From IMG/VR virus record IMGVR_UViG_3300028418_000005, positions 1-59,165 of that record: DNA of 59,165 nucleotides; one strand, 5' to 3'. The notes under the pieces were generated by a model, which worked only from the letters and a program-made list of their open reading frames with translations, was not told the DNA's origin and ran no database searches. Of the stretch, positions 17,481 to 29,600 are shown piece by piece; position 1 is the stretch's first letter, and the number at the start of each line of letters is the position of its first letter. This DNA comes from a virus. Taxonomy: Duplodnaviria > Caudoviricetes. The translations under genes and the position numbers were made by a program.

Positions 17481-19889
17481 ATGATTTACACTAATACACA
17501 AAGTTCCTTTCCTGATCAGGTAGTTCCCCAAGAAGAGAAAATGACACTTGACTATGGTTTGCAAGTAGGCAGAGCCATTGAGGGAGAGTGGTGGGCTGCT
17601 GGAGTTGGCGGAGCTAGATATACAAATAATTACAATGTGTTTCATAGAAGAAGGCTATATGCTAGAGCAGAGCAGTCTATACAAAAATACAAAGATGAAA
17701 TGGCTATTGATGGTGATTTGTCTTACTTAAACTTAGATTGGACACCTGTAGCAATTATACCTAAGTTTGTAGATATAGTAGTTAACGGTATGTCAGAAAA
17801 AATATATGACATAAAAGCTTATGCTCAGGATCCAGCTTCTCAAAGAAAGAGAACAGCTTATGCTGAAAAACTTCATAAAAATATAGTTACTAGAGATTTT
17901 ATAGAAGAGGTTAAAGCTCAAATGGGAGTTGATATATCTGAAGTTAAAAACATGAGTAACCCTCCTGAAAATGAAGAAGAACTTGAAATACACTTACAAC
18001 TAGATTATAAACAATCTGTAGAAATAGCTGAAGAAGAAGTTATTAATAACACACTAGATAGAAATAAATATGAATTAACTAAACGAAGGCTTTACAGAGA
18101 TTTAGTTGAACTTGGTATCGGTGTTGTTAAAACCTCTTGGAACAAATCAGAAGGTGTTGTTGTTGACTATGTAGATCCAGTTAACGTTGTTTATTCATAT
18201 ACTGATGATCCTAATTTTGAAGATATATATTATGTAGGTGAGGTGAAAAACATTTCACTACCAGAACTTAAAAAGCAGTTTCCGAACATAACAAATGAAG
18301 AATTAGAAACAATTCAGAAAATGCCTGGTAATACTAACTACAGAAGAAGTTACAGGGGAAATAGAGATAGTGATACAATACAGGTTTTATATTTTGAATA
18401 CAAAACATATAGTGACCAAGTATTTAAAATAAAGAAAACAGCTAATGGATTAGAGAAGGCTTTGGAAAAACCAGATACTTTTGCTCCACCACCAAATGAT
18501 GGTTTTGAAAGAGTAAGTAGGTCTATAGAGGTTCTTTACCATGGTGCAAAAATACTAGGACATCCAATAATGTTAGATTGGAAAGTTGCTGAAAATATGA
18601 CTAGACCTAATTCTAATCTTTGCAAGGTTAATATGAATTATACTCTATGTGCACCTTCAATGTATAAAGGTAGAATAACATCTTTAGTTGAGCGTATGAT
18701 AACCTTCGGTGACATGATACAGTTAACATCGTTAAAGTTACAGCAGGTATTAGCTAGGATGGTTCCTGATGGTGTTTATTTAGACGTAGACGGTTTAGCA
18801 GAGGTTGATTTAGGTAATGGAACTAGTTACAACCCTCGTGAAGCTTTAAACATGTATTTCCAAACTGGTAGCATTGTTGGTAGATCAATGACACAGGATG
18901 GTGATATGAACCCTGGCAGAGTGCCAATACAGGAATTACAAACTTCAGCTCACCAAGCTAAAATACAAAGTTTGATACAAACTTATCAGTATTATTTACA
19001 AATGATAAGAGATGTAACCGGGCTTAACGAAGCTAGAGATGGTAGTAACCCAGATAAAGATGCTTTATTAGGATTACAAAAACTAGCTGTTGCTCAATCA
19101 AACGTTGCAACTAGACATATATTAGATGCAGGTTTGTATGTCACATTAAAAACTTGTGAAAATGTAGCTTTAAGAGTTGCTGATTCTTTAGAGTTTGAAC
19201 TAACTAACGAGTCACTAGTAAATAGTATAAGTTTATACAACGTTGCTACTTTAGAAGAAATAAAAGATTTACATCTTTATGATTTTGGTATTTTTCTAGA
19301 CTTAGAGCCAGATGAAGAAGATAAACAAATATTAGAACAAAATATTGAAATAGCTTTAAAAGGTAATCAAATAAATCTTGAAGATGCTATTGACATACGA
19401 AACATACATAATCTTAGATTAGCTAATCAATTATTAAAGCTTAAAAGAAGACAAAAAGCTAAACAAGATCAAGAAGCTCAACAAAGAATGATTCAGTCGC
19501 AGGCTCAAGCAAACGCTGAGTCAGCTGAAAAAGCTGCTATGTATGAAGTACAAAAGAGAGAAGCTATAGCTCAAACAGAGTTACAATTAGAGAAAGGTAA
19601 GTCTGATTTTAAGATACAACAAATGGGTGCTGAACTACAAAATCAACTAACTTTAGCTCAGCAAAAATTCGAGTTTGATAAACAACTAGCTCAAATAAAT
19701 TTACAAAAAGACGTTAATAGAGAGCAAATGATTGAAGATCGTAAAGATCAAAGATCAAAAATGGAAGCTACTCAACAAAGCGCTATGATACAGCAAAGAC
19801 AAGACGGTTTATTACCAACTGACTTTGCTACTCAAAACCAAGGACCACCGTTAACGGAAGAACTAGGAGGTCAAATTCCACAAATGTAG
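17481..19889 (+). CDS. portal protein
   Basis: 802 aa after terL; IIPKFVDIVVNG, IRDVTGLNEARDGS, Gln-rich coiled-coil tail. Confidence 0.85.
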   Translation: MIYTNTQSSFPDQVVPQEEKMTLDYGLQVGRAIEGEWWAAGVGGARYTNNYNVFHRRRLYARAEQSIQKYKDEMAIDGDLSYLNLDWTPVAIIPKFVDIVVNGMSEKIYDIKAYAQDPASQRKRTAYAEKLHKNIVTRDFIEEVKAQMGVDISEVKNMSNPPENEEELEIHLQLDYKQSVEIAEEEVINNTLDRNKYELTKRRLYRDLVELGIGVVKTSWNKSEGVVVDYVDPVNVVYSYTDDPNFEDIYYVGEVKNISLPELKKQFPNITNEELETIQKMPGNTNYRRSYRGNRDSDTIQVLYFEYKTYSDQVFKIKKTANGLEKALEKPDTFAPPPNDGFERVSRSIEVLYHGAKILGHPIMLDWKVAENMTRPNSNLCKVNMNYTLCAPSMYKGRITSLVERMITFGDMIQLTSLKLQQVLARMVPDGVYLDVDGLAEVDLGNGTSYNPREALNMYFQTGSIVGRSMTQDGDMNPGRVPIQELQTSAHQAKIQSLIQTYQYYLQMIRDVTGLNEARDGSNPDKDALLGLQKLAVAQSNVATRHILDAGLYVTLKTCENVALRVADSLEFELTNESLVNSISLYNVATLEEIKDLHLYDFGIFLDLEPDEEDKQILEQNIEIALKGNQINLEDAIDIRNIHNLRLANQLLKLKRRQKAKQDQEAQQRMIQSQAQANAESAEKAAMYEVQKREAIAQTELQLEKGKSDFKIQQMGAELQNQLTLAQQKFEFDKQLAQINLQKDVNREQMIEDRKDQRSKMEATQQSAMIQQRQDGLLPTDFATQNQGPPLTEELGGQIPQM

Positions 19890-19927
19890 TAAACGGTAAC
19901 AATACAATAATTATATAATATCATATC

Positions 19928-21088
19928 ATGGAAAATAACAAAATAGAAAACACACCTCAAGAAGGTGAGTTTAAAATGAAAAAGAAAAAAGGTAGACCTA
20001 AAAAACTAGCTAACAACTCAAAAGCTACAGCTAGAATAGATCTAAGTAATAAAGAAACAAAAACTGAAGAAAATGCCGTTCAAGCACAAGAAGCAAGCAA
20101 TAGCGATGTTGTTGTCGAAGAAAAGAAAGACGAGACAAGTGGCAAAGAAGTGGTTGAAGAAGTACGGAATGCCGAAGAACTAGTTGAGGAAAATTCAAAA
20201 CCTGTAATAGAAGAAATATCAAGCGAAGAAGATATTAAAGAACCTGAGGTGGTTGTTGAAGAAAAACAAAAATTACCAGAAGGTGTAAATAAGCTGGTAC
20301 AGTTTATGGAAGAAACAGGTGGTAACATGCAGGATTATATTAGATTAAATGCTGATTACAGTAATGTTGATGATGATACACTGTTAAAAGAATATTATAA
20401 AAATACTAAACCACACTTAGAACCTGATGAAATTGACTTTATAATGGAAGAGAATTTTAAGGTGGAAGAAGATTACGACGAAGAGCGAGAGATACGTCGA
20501 AAAAAACTCGCAAAAAAGGAAGAGGTTGCAAAAGCGAAAACGTTTTTAGATAGTTTAAAAGATAAGTATTACGAAGAAATCAAGTTGAGGCCTACAGTAA
20601 ACAACGAACTTACAAAAGCGAGAGAGTTTTTCAACAAATTTTCCAAAGACAAAGAGGTAGCGCAAAAGCGACATGAGATGTTTAAAAACGATACCAAAAC
20701 ATATTTCTCTGATTTCAAAGGTTTTGAATTTAGTTTAGGAGAAAAAAAGTTTAGGTATGGTATTAATAATCCAGAAGATGTTGCCAATGCTCAATCTGAC
20801 ATTTCAAATGTAGTTAAGAAGTTCTTAAATGATAAAGGAGAGGTTACTGATGTTAAAGGCTATCATAAAGCTATATATGCCGCTAGAAATGCTGATAATA
20901 TAGCACAACATTTTTATGAGCAAGGTAAAGCCGACGCTGTTAAAGATGTAGTTGCTAAATCTAAAAATATAAATAAAGATGCACGACAAAGTGCACCTGA
21001 AGATATTCATATAAAAGGATTTAAATTAAAAGCAATCAATGGTATAAATAGTAATAAACTAAAAATAAAAACGATAAACAAAACTTAA
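19928..21088 (+). CDS. putative capsid scaffolding protein
   Basis: acidic disordered N-terminus, HFYEQGKADA; lies between portal and capsid. Confidence 0.65.
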   Translation: MENNKIENTPQEGEFKMKKKKGRPKKLANNSKATARIDLSNKETKTEENAVQAQEASNSDVVVEEKKDETSGKEVVEEVRNAEELVEENSKPVIEEISSEEDIKEPEVVVEEKQKLPEGVNKLVQFMEETGGNMQDYIRLNADYSNVDDDTLLKEYYKNTKPHLEPDEIDFIMEENFKVEEDYDEEREIRRKKLAKKEEVAKAKTFLDSLKDKYYEEIKLRPTVNNELTKAREFFNKFSKDKEVAQKRHEMFKNDTKTYFSDFKGFEFSLGEKKFRYGINNPEDVANAQSDISNVVKKFLNDKGEVTDVKGYHKAIYAARNADNIAQHFYEQGKADAVKDVVAKSKNINKDARQSAPEDIHIKGFKLKAINGINSNKLKIKTINKT

Positions 21089-21099
21089 AATAATAAATT

Positions 21100-22557
21100 A
21101 TGGCTTTAGGAAATTTCACAAAGCAAAATGCTGGACTTACACCTACTCAAGATCAGTCGGTTCTCTCTTCAAACTACTTACAGTGGAATGAAAAAGGTGG
21201 AGAAAACTTTGCTGATTTTGCACAACAATATCTACCTGAGCTCTACGAGCAAGAGGTAGAAAGATTTGGTAACAGAACGTTATCAGGTTTTTTAAGAATG
21301 GTTGGCGCTGAAATGCCAATGACATCGGATCAAGTAATTTGGTCTGAACAAAATAGACTACACTTAGGTTATGATAACGTAACACGTTCTGGTAATACAT
21401 TCACTGTAACACTACCAACTGGTGAGGGCGAATTAGTTATTAGAAAGAATCAAACTTTCGTAGTTCACAACCCAGTTGATGGCGTAACTTTAAAAGGTTT
21501 AGTTACCAGTGCTCCAAACCCAGGTAATGCAACAACATATACTTTTGATGGAGCTTGTTATACTGCTGCAAACTTTAATGCTGTAGGAACAGGAAGTGAA
21601 AATCCACTTAAACTATTTGTTTATGGTTCTGATTTCGCAAAAGGAACACTCGGTATGGAAGGATCTGTAACTCCAACATTAACTCAGTTCAGTAACAGAC
21701 CTATCATTATAAAAGATAAGTATTTAGTTAATGGTTCTGACACTGCTCAAATTGGTTGGGTTGAAGTTGCAACTGAAGACGGAACATCTGGATTTTTGTG
21801 GTATATGAAAGCTGAATCAGAGACTAGATTAAGATATGAAGATTATCTTGAAATGTCAATGGTTGAAGGTGAACTTGCTGCTACTGGATCTGCTGTTGCT
21901 GGCTTGGCTGCATCAACTGATGCTGGTAAAGGTACACAAGGTTTATTCTCTGCTATAGAAGAAAGAGGTAATGTGTATCAAGGATTTGCTGGAGCTGCTA
22001 ACCCTGGAACAGGTGCTTTAGGTGATTTTGATGAGATCTTACAGCAATTAGATCTACAAGGAGCTATTGAGGAAAACATGTTATTTTTAGATAGAGCTAC
22101 TGCTCTTGATTTTGACGACATGATTGCTTCTATGGCGGGTGGAAGTTTTGCTTCTACTGCTGCTGCTTCTTTCGGTTTATTCGATAACGAAGCTGAAATG
22201 GCACTTAACTTTGGTTTTTCAGGTTTTAGAAGAGGTTCTTATGACTTTTACAAAACTGACTGGAAATACTTAAATGATGCTTCTACTAGAGGTATGGTTG
22301 ATAACGTTAAAGGTGTGTTAATACCAGCTGGAACATCTACAGTATATGATCAAATGTTAGGATCAAATATCAGACGACCTTTCTTACATGTAAGATATAG
22401 AGCTTCTGAAACTGATGATCGTAGAATGAAGTCATGGATTACTGGTTCTGTTGGTGGTGCTTACACATCATCTTTAGATGCTATGGAGGTTCATTACTTA
22501 TCTGAAAGATGTCTATGTGTTCAAGCTGCTAATAACTTCGTGTTATTTACAGCATAA
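21100..22557 (+). CDS. major capsid protein
   Basis: 485 aa after scaffold, followed by terminator; IWSEQNRLH, HYLSERCLCVQAANNF. Confidence 0.85.
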   Translation: MALGNFTKQNAGLTPTQDQSVLSSNYLQWNEKGGENFADFAQQYLPELYEQEVERFGNRTLSGFLRMVGAEMPMTSDQVIWSEQNRLHLGYDNVTRSGNTFTVTLPTGEGELVIRKNQTFVVHNPVDGVTLKGLVTSAPNPGNATTYTFDGACYTAANFNAVGTGSENPLKLFVYGSDFAKGTLGMEGSVTPTLTQFSNRPIIIKDKYLVNGSDTAQIGWVEVATEDGTSGFLWYMKAESETRLRYEDYLEMSMVEGELAATGSAVAGLAASTDAGKGTQGLFSAIEERGNVYQGFAGAANPGTGALGDFDEILQQLDLQGAIEENMLFLDRATALDFDDMIASMAGGSFASTAAASFGLFDNEAEMALNFGFSGFRRGSYDFYKTDWKYLNDASTRGMVDNVKGVLIPAGTSTVYDQMLGSNIRRPFLHVRYRASETDDRRMKSWITGSVGGAYTSSLDAMEVHYLSERCLCVQAANNFVLFTA

Positions 22558-22578
22558 TATACATTTTACAAAATAAAT

Positions 22579-22606
22579 GTGGAGGGTTAACGCTCTCCAC
22601 TTTATT
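22579..22606 (+). terminator. intrinsic terminator after major capsid gene
   Basis: GTGGAG...CTCCAC stem then TTTATT. Confidence 0.65.
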
Positions 22607-22627
22607 AACATTTAAAAAAATTAGAAA

Positions 22628-22942
22628 ATGGAAAACCCGATTTTAAACATTGAATGGGAAGCTGGAGGAAAACTTCCAATAAATGCTAAATTAGCTTACA
22701 GGTGTGATCAAGGTAATAGTTCTAGTAGAATAAAAATTTATTATTCAAATACTTATAACCTATGGAGATTAGAACTTGATTTTGACAAAGACATAACTGA
22801 GCACGATAAATTAACTTTAGAAACAGCTTTAATAAACGCACAACAAGAGCCTGGCTCTTTGGTAGATTTTAAAATGCCTAGTGGAGCGGTTTTAAAGTCT
22901 GACATTCCTTTTACTCAATTCCAAACATACAACAATAACTAA
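22628..22942 (+). CDS. hypothetical structural protein
   Basis: 104 aa after capsid gene. Confidence 0.7.
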   Translation: MENPILNIEWEAGGKLPINAKLAYRCDQGNSSSRIKIYYSNTYNLWRLELDFDKDITEHDKLTLETALINAQQEPGSLVDFKMPSGAVLKSDIPFTQFQTYNNN

Positions 22943-22943
22943 A

Positions 22944-23645
22944 ATGGGAAACATAATAAAAATACCAACAACTAACACTGGGTTAAACACAAGTCAAAGC
23001 AGCCCTTTATGGAATGAAGATAATTGGGTAGCAGTAGACGGGTCCGTTAATGGGCAGCAATACAGCGGGCTATACAACGGAGTACCAATAGATACAGATG
23101 GAGATGGATCTGGACTATCAGTTGAATTTCAACTCTTGCTCCCGCCTGAATTTAGGCTTAGCCTCTATTACGAATCTGAACCAACAGGTTATAAAGTTGG
23201 AGATAGATTATTTTTTACAGTACCAGCGGGCTCTAACTTGGGTAACGAATATGAGTTTACTATGCAAACTACAATAACAGAAGATATGCTGACTTATGAG
23301 AGTGATAAGATGCAATATTTACCAGTTTTTGATTCTTTAAATGGATTAGTATTAACTGTTGTACCACCACCTATTGGTATTAATAATTACTGGCAAATCC
23401 CAAAAGCATGGGGAAATAATGAAGGTTGTTGGAAAATAAATATTACTGGTGGTAATGACGATAATAGAGTATTAATAACTAAGGCTATTAATGAAGTTTT
23501 TATAAAAGCTGCTCAATCACCAAATTCACACCCCACTTTAGAATTACCAATAGGTGTAACTTGCGATAGTGTTGATCAAGCAGAATTTCAATTTCAAAGC
23601 CCAGTGCCAGGGCCAGGTGATAATGGTAATGGTAACGAAGCCTAG
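22944..23645 (+). CDS. hypothetical structural protein
   Basis: 233 aa; C-terminal part resembles the 104-aa neighbour. Confidence 0.7.
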   Translation: MGNIIKIPTTNTGLNTSQSSPLWNEDNWVAVDGSVNGQQYSGLYNGVPIDTDGDGSGLSVEFQLLLPPEFRLSLYYESEPTGYKVGDRLFFTVPAGSNLGNEYEFTMQTTITEDMLTYESDKMQYLPVFDSLNGLVLTVVPPPIGINNYWQIPKAWGNNEGCWKINITGGNDDNRVLITKAINEVFIKAAQSPNSHPTLELPIGVTCDSVDQAEFQFQSPVPGPGDNGNGNEA

Positions 23646-23669
23646 AAATAGAAAGTAAAAACACAATAA

Positions 23670-23692
23670 TCCCGCACAAGCGGGAATTTTTT
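23670..23692 (+). terminator. intrinsic terminator
   Basis: TCCCGC-ACAA-GCGGGA then T-run. Confidence 0.75.
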
Positions 23693-23713
23693 AAAACAAT
23701 TATATTATATATT

Positions 23714-24463
23714 ATGAAAAACGAAGAAACATGGGAGATTAAAGATAGAAATTATTACTTAAGTAATGATTTGTCTCCATTAACTTATACATTAGCATCT
23801 AAACACTCGAGAAGGTTTCCACTTATTTATTTTGATAAAGAAACAGGAGAACAAAGAGAGTTAAGATACGCTACTAATCAAAACAGTCCATTTGTAGACG
23901 AACAAAACGGAATGGTTACATTAGAACATGTAGTGTTTAGAAATGGAACGTTATCAGTTCCAAAAGAAAAACAATCTCTACAAAAACTTTTATCTATGTA
24001 CCATCCTTATAGAAATAAAAAATATAAGGAGTTAGATACTGTGGTTGAAGCAACTAACGAAATTGAAGATATAGAGATTGAGTTTGCTGCATTGTCAGCT
24101 GCTAGAGATTTAGATATTGATCATTGTGAAGCTATACTAAGAGTTGAGATAGGTTCTAGAGTGTCAGATATGAGTTCTAGTGAAGTAAAAAGAGATTTAC
24201 TTATATTTGCTAAAAGAAACCCTAATTTATTCTTAGAGTTAGTAAACGATGAAAATGTAGAACTTAGAAATTTCGCTATAAAAGCTGCAGAGGCTAACAT
24301 AATTAAATTATCTCAAGATCAAAGAACATTTAGTTGGGTTAGCAATGGTAAGAAATTAATGCAAGTACCTTTTGATGAGCATCCATACTCAGCGTTTGCT
24401 GTTTATTTAAAAACAGATGAGGGTATTGAAATTTATAAATCTATACAGAAAAAACTCAAATAA
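23714..24463 (+). CDS. conserved morphogenesis-region protein
   Basis: 249 aa; RELRYATNQNSPFVDEQ. Confidence 0.75.
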   Translation: MKNEETWEIKDRNYYLSNDLSPLTYTLASKHSRRFPLIYFDKETGEQRELRYATNQNSPFVDEQNGMVTLEHVVFRNGTLSVPKEKQSLQKLLSMYHPYRNKKYKELDTVVEATNEIEDIEIEFAALSAARDLDIDHCEAILRVEIGSRVSDMSSSEVKRDLLIFAKRNPNLFLELVNDENVELRNFAIKAAEANIIKLSQDQRTFSWVSNGKKLMQVPFDEHPYSAFAVYLKTDEGIEIYKSIQKKLK

Positions 24464-24478
24464 CAAGTGATTATAATT

Positions 24479-24504
24479 AAGGCGGCTATGCGGCCGCCTT
24501 TTTT
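24479..24504 (+). terminator. intrinsic terminator
   Basis: AAGGCGGC-TATGCG-GCCGCCTT then TTTT. Confidence 0.75.
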
Positions 24505-24521
24505 ATTACAAAAATATTAAA

Positions 24522-25325
24522 ATGGCTATAAACGTAAACACAGTATATCAAACAGTCTTATTATTACTTAATAAAGAACAAAGAGGCTACATTACTCCTA
24601 ACGAGTTTAACAAAATAGCCACACAAGTACAATTAGAAATATTCGAACAATACTTTGAAGATTTAAACCAACAATTAAGAGGTCCTGGTCTTCAAGATGA
24701 ATATGCAGACAGAGTAGATAATATAGAAGAAAAAATATCTATATTTAAAACATTTGGACAAGCATTTTACTACGGTGCAGATGTAAACGGACCCATAGCT
24801 AGTCCTTATTTTTATTTACCAGCAAACGTGCATCGTATTGGCACTATAATGTATAAAGACGAACAACACTTGCAAATGACTAACAGGGGTGAGTATTTAC
24901 ATTTAAATATGTCTAAGTTAACTCGTCCAAGTAAAAAATACCCATTATATATACAAGAAGGTAACGTTAGCCCTGTTGATCCACTTAATAGTTCTGTTAT
25001 ATTATGTCCAGAATGTATAAGAATATATGTTTACCCTAGAGAAATAACAGAAGAAATAAGTATTTCCTACATTAGAAAACCTTTGGATGTTGTATGGGCT
25101 TATAGCGTAGGTAATCTTGGACAATATATATGGGATGGAACACCTAATTCTTCTGGTGTAGTAGTTCCAAATACAGGTTCTCAAAACTTTGAAATAGATA
25201 GCACTGAACAAACAGAGGTAATAATAAGAATATTAATGTACTCTGGCGTTGTTATAAGAGATCCACAAATAATTCAAGCTGCTGCAGCTCAAGCTCAAGC
25301 CACTGAAGTTAATCAAAAAAGTTAA
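24522..25325 (+). CDS. head-tail adaptor / tail ring protein
   Basis: 267 aa; LNKEQRGYITPNEFN...ISYIRKP; position after head genes. Confidence 0.65.
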   Translation: MAINVNTVYQTVLLLLNKEQRGYITPNEFNKIATQVQLEIFEQYFEDLNQQLRGPGLQDEYADRVDNIEEKISIFKTFGQAFYYGADVNGPIASPYFYLPANVHRIGTIMYKDEQHLQMTNRGEYLHLNMSKLTRPSKKYPLYIQEGNVSPVDPLNSSVILCPECIRIYVYPREITEEISISYIRKPLDVVWAYSVGNLGQYIWDGTPNSSGVVVPNTGSQNFEIDSTEQTEVIIRILMYSGVVIRDPQIIQAAAAQAQATEVNQKS

Positions 25326-25331
25326 TAATAT

Positions 25332-26660
25332 ATGTCATTTTTAAATAACACTCCAAATGGTGGCTCAATAACAGAGACCAATCAACAGTATTACGTTGGC
25401 ACGCAAAGTAATATAGCTAGTTATACTAACTTAGTGTTGGATTCTATGGTATATACATTCAATGAAATATTAGAAATGGGTTCTTTAGATTCTTGGGATC
25501 CTAGTAATTATGAATACCATTTAAACAATTTTTACGTAGAGGTTAGTCCTGATGGTCTTTCTCCTTATGAATTATGGGATGGAACTGGAGGTGTTAACTC
25601 ACCAGCTGGGCCAAATGGAACTGGTGGAGGTTTTACTATATCTCAATTTTCAAATACACAATCTTTCAGCGTTTTAAAATTCAATAATCCCGATGCAGTT
25701 ACAGACGGGTACTATGTTAGGGTAAAATTAAAATCTCAATTAGTTGATGGAGCACCTAACTATGGTGATTATCAATACTTGTCTATATTTGAACTAGTAA
25801 ATAACTTTATGATAGGTTATGTTGGTAATGATAAGTTAATAAGTAAAGTTAAGAGGTCTGATGTGTTGTTTTATGCTAAAAGAGGTTTGCAGGAATTTTC
25901 ATATGATACATTAAGAAGTGTTAAATCAATGGAGTTGACTATACCACCTAGTCTATCTGTTATAATTCCTCAAGATTATGTTAATTATGTAGGTATCGCT
26001 TGGATAGATAAGTCAGGTATAAAACATCCAATATATCCAACTAACTTAACTGGTAATCCTACAGAATCACCTATACAAGATACTAATACAACTAATAATC
26101 CTTTTGGTTTTAACTTCCCTAGCTCTGGACATGGCATACCTGTTCAAGATCAATTTGGTGAAAACTTAGAAGGAGCATCAATAACTGAAGGTCAATGGCA
26201 AGGTAATAACCCAAACGATCAACCTACTGAAGGAACTATATTTAGAGACGGTATTGGAGATAGTATATACGCAACCAGAGAAATTGCTTTACTAGGTCAA
26301 AGATTTGGATTAGAGCCTGAGTTAGCTAACTATAATGGTTGGTTTACTATGAACACGCGTGAAGGTAAAATATCTTTTAGCAGTAACTTAAGTGGTAGGC
26401 TAATAATATTAGACTATATATCTGATGGTTTAGCTTATGATCAAGATACTAAAATACCTAAATTAGCAGAAGAAGCTTTATATATGCACATAGCCTACAG
26501 CATATTAGCAAGCAGAAAAAATGTTCCAGAGTATCTAGTTGCTAGATTTAAAAAAGACAGAAGAGCTCAATTGCGTAATGCAAAAATAAGATTATCAAAT
26601 ATAAAACCCCAAGAGTTTGTCCAAGTTATGAGAGGCAAAGCTAAGTGGATTAAATACTAA
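25332..26660 (+). CDS. tail structural (ring/tube) protein
   Basis: 442 aa; AKRGLQEFSYD, IPQDYVNYV, LDYISDGL. Confidence 0.65.
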   Translation: MSFLNNTPNGGSITETNQQYYVGTQSNIASYTNLVLDSMVYTFNEILEMGSLDSWDPSNYEYHLNNFYVEVSPDGLSPYELWDGTGGVNSPAGPNGTGGGFTISQFSNTQSFSVLKFNNPDAVTDGYYVRVKLKSQLVDGAPNYGDYQYLSIFELVNNFMIGYVGNDKLISKVKRSDVLFYAKRGLQEFSYDTLRSVKSMELTIPPSLSVIIPQDYVNYVGIAWIDKSGIKHPIYPTNLTGNPTESPIQDTNTTNNPFGFNFPSSGHGIPVQDQFGENLEGASITEGQWQGNNPNDQPTEGTIFRDGIGDSIYATREIALLGQRFGLEPELANYNGWFTMNTREGKISFSSNLSGRLIILDYISDGLAYDQDTKIPKLAEEALYMHIAYSILASRKNVPEYLVARFKKDRRAQLRNAKIRLSNIKPQEFVQVMRGKAKWIKY

Positions 26661-26664
26661 TTAA

Positions 26665-29600
26665 ATGCCAGAAGCTAAAAATACATTTATCCAGTCCAAA
26701 ATGAATAAGGACATGGATGGTAGAATACTACCTAATGGTCAATATAGAGACGGTGAAAACGTTCAAATAAGTAGATCAGAAGGAGACGATGTTGGAGCAT
26801 TAGAAACAGTTTTAGGTAATGTAAAACTTACAGACTTTGGTTTAAGTGGTGAAAATTTAAAAACAATTGGAAGTTACTTTGACGATAATAGTAATCGTGT
26901 GTTTTTATTTTTAACTAATTACACAGACTCTTCACCAAATCAACTAGATAATGAAGCTATAAATGTTACAGGAGTTTTTTGTTATATAGTATCTTACAAT
27001 GTTCAAACTAAAGTATCTTCAATATTAGTAGAAGGTAGTTTTTTAAATTTTTCTCAAACTCATCATATTGTTGGGGTTAATTTACTAGAAAATCTATTGT
27101 TTTTTACAGATAATAGAAACCAACCTAGAAAAATTGATATTAACTTAGCAGGCTCTAATTACTACTATACAGAAGATCAAATATCTGTTGCTAAATACTA
27201 TCCCTATAAAGCTCCATTACTAATGAAATTTATACCAGGTAGTGGACCTGATGCTATTAAATGGGAGTCAACAATGACTGATACAACTAGTGAGTACTTG
27301 CCAATACATACAGCGGCTCAGGTAAAAAACTTTGATAGCACTGATTCCAGCGTGGTTTACCTTACTGGTTGTTACACTAATATAATGCCTAAAACACCTG
27401 GTTACGTAGGTCAACCAAATGGTTGTTTAATAACCGGGCAAGGTGTTGCAGCTGGTACTACTTTAGAAGAAGTATTAAGTATTGACACTGCAAATAATGT
27501 AACTACTATAAAAACAAGTCTACCAATAAGCGGAGGTAGTATTAAACCTATACTTTATTTTCAATTCAAAAATCCAGAATACTCCATAATATGGCCAGGT
27601 GATCCTGAGTATTTAAAAGAAAAATTTGTTAGATTTAGCTATAGATTCAAATTTGACAACAATGAATATTCTTTAATAGCTCCATTCACACAAACTGCTT
27701 TCATACCTCAACAAGATGGTTATTTCATAGGTGATAAATATAAACTTGATTCAACAGTTTTAGTAAGCAACGAACCTTCACCTCCTTCTATTTTTGGTCA
27801 AGAAGCAGAAACATTTGATTCTACTGTTGTTCCTTTTATGCAAAACAAAGTGACTAATATAGAAATATGTTTAATATCACCAACCAATGGTAATGATGAA
27901 ACTTATATAAATTGGTCTCAATTAAATGATGTTTTAAAAGTTATAGAGGTTGATATACTAATAAAAGACTCTTCTAGCAATAACGTTTATGTTGTTGAAA
28001 CACTTGGCTTATCAGAATTAAAAAACGTAAATAGCAAATATTTATTATACGATTATCAAAGTAAAAAACCATGGAGAGTTTTACCAACAGATCAAGTAAC
28101 TAGAGTAAGCGATGTTATCCCACTTAGAGCATTGGCCCAGGAAATATCTGGGAACAGAGTAATATATGCAAACTTTGTTGAAAAAAATGCATCACCAGAA
28201 AGACTAGACTATTATTTATCTGTTGGGCAAAAACCTTTTATACCTGATTATACTGACGGAGCAACAGTGGTTGATCAAGAGTTTCAGTACGTTAGAAAAG
28301 AATATCAAAACCATACTTTAAAACAAAATAGAACATATCAAGTTGGTGTAGTATTATCTGATAGGTATGGTAGAAGATCAAATGTAATTCTTTCTGAATT
28401 AGTAGACTTTCAAGAAAATCCTAGTGCAAAAAAGAACTCAACTATATTTCATAATTATGCAGATTCTAATAATTTAATAATATATGACAAGAATCAAATA
28501 CCTAACGAAGCCGCCAATACTTGGCCAGGTGATAATTTAAGTATTGTTTGGAATAACGTAATACCAGAAGAAAAAACTAATGATGGTTATCCAGGAGTAT
28601 ACTCTATTAATGATGGAACTTTAGTTAACATTTTAGTAAACCCAGGTCTTACGGCAACTTTTCCTGCTAACAGTAGTTGCACGTTTGATGTTACAAATAG
28701 TCTTTTTAGCCCCACAGCTAACGCTCAAATTAAAGCATTTAGTGATGCTGATGGTAATGTATCTGAAATTGAAATTAAATCAAGTGATAATAATTGGGTG
28801 GATGGTATGGAAGTGGTTGCTCCTTGGCAGGGTTCTGTTTTCCCGTGCCCAGGTTGGGTAGGTGAATCGTTTAGAGGTAATGCAGTTTGCCCAGCTGACA
28901 GGCCTTTAGGTTGGTATAGTTATAATATAGTAGTAAAACAAACAGAGCAAGAATATTACAATGTATATATGCCTAGCGCTTTAGCTGGCTACCCATGTAA
29001 TCAAAACATTGATGGAAAAGTTGATGATACTTTTGGCGAAACTCCTAAAATGATTTATCCTCTAGGTCAACAAAACGCAACATCACATTTAACCTTAATT
29101 GGAGACAATATAAACAAAGTGCCTAGAGATTTAAACGAAGTAGGCCCTGAGCAGAAGTCTTTTAGAAGTTCAGAAAGATTGTTTCATAGAGTAGAGGGTA
29201 TTTTACTTCAGGACAACAACGACGATATTCAATACTCTAGTCAGTCTTATTCACCTTCTTTAAAAGGAGATAAAGTTGTTACTATATCAAATATGTCAAA
29301 ATTAGATTTAGGTAATTTAATAACTAATCCTGCTTATCCTATATTACCTAATTCAATATATAAAGCAGAAACTGATCCTTTTATAGCTAGAATAAGTACG
29401 GACAAAAAGTTTGGTATAGTAGCAAATAGCAGTATTAATGGTTGTATAACAATAGAGAAAAAGGTAGATCCTGATGATGATACTAAAAATCTTATAGAAG
29501 TTAACAACACTGAGTTTGCTATTGGACCTACATTAAGCGTAAGTGAAACTAAACCAGTAGAAAGTTTATTAGATATATTTTGGGAAACATCTAGTAGTGG

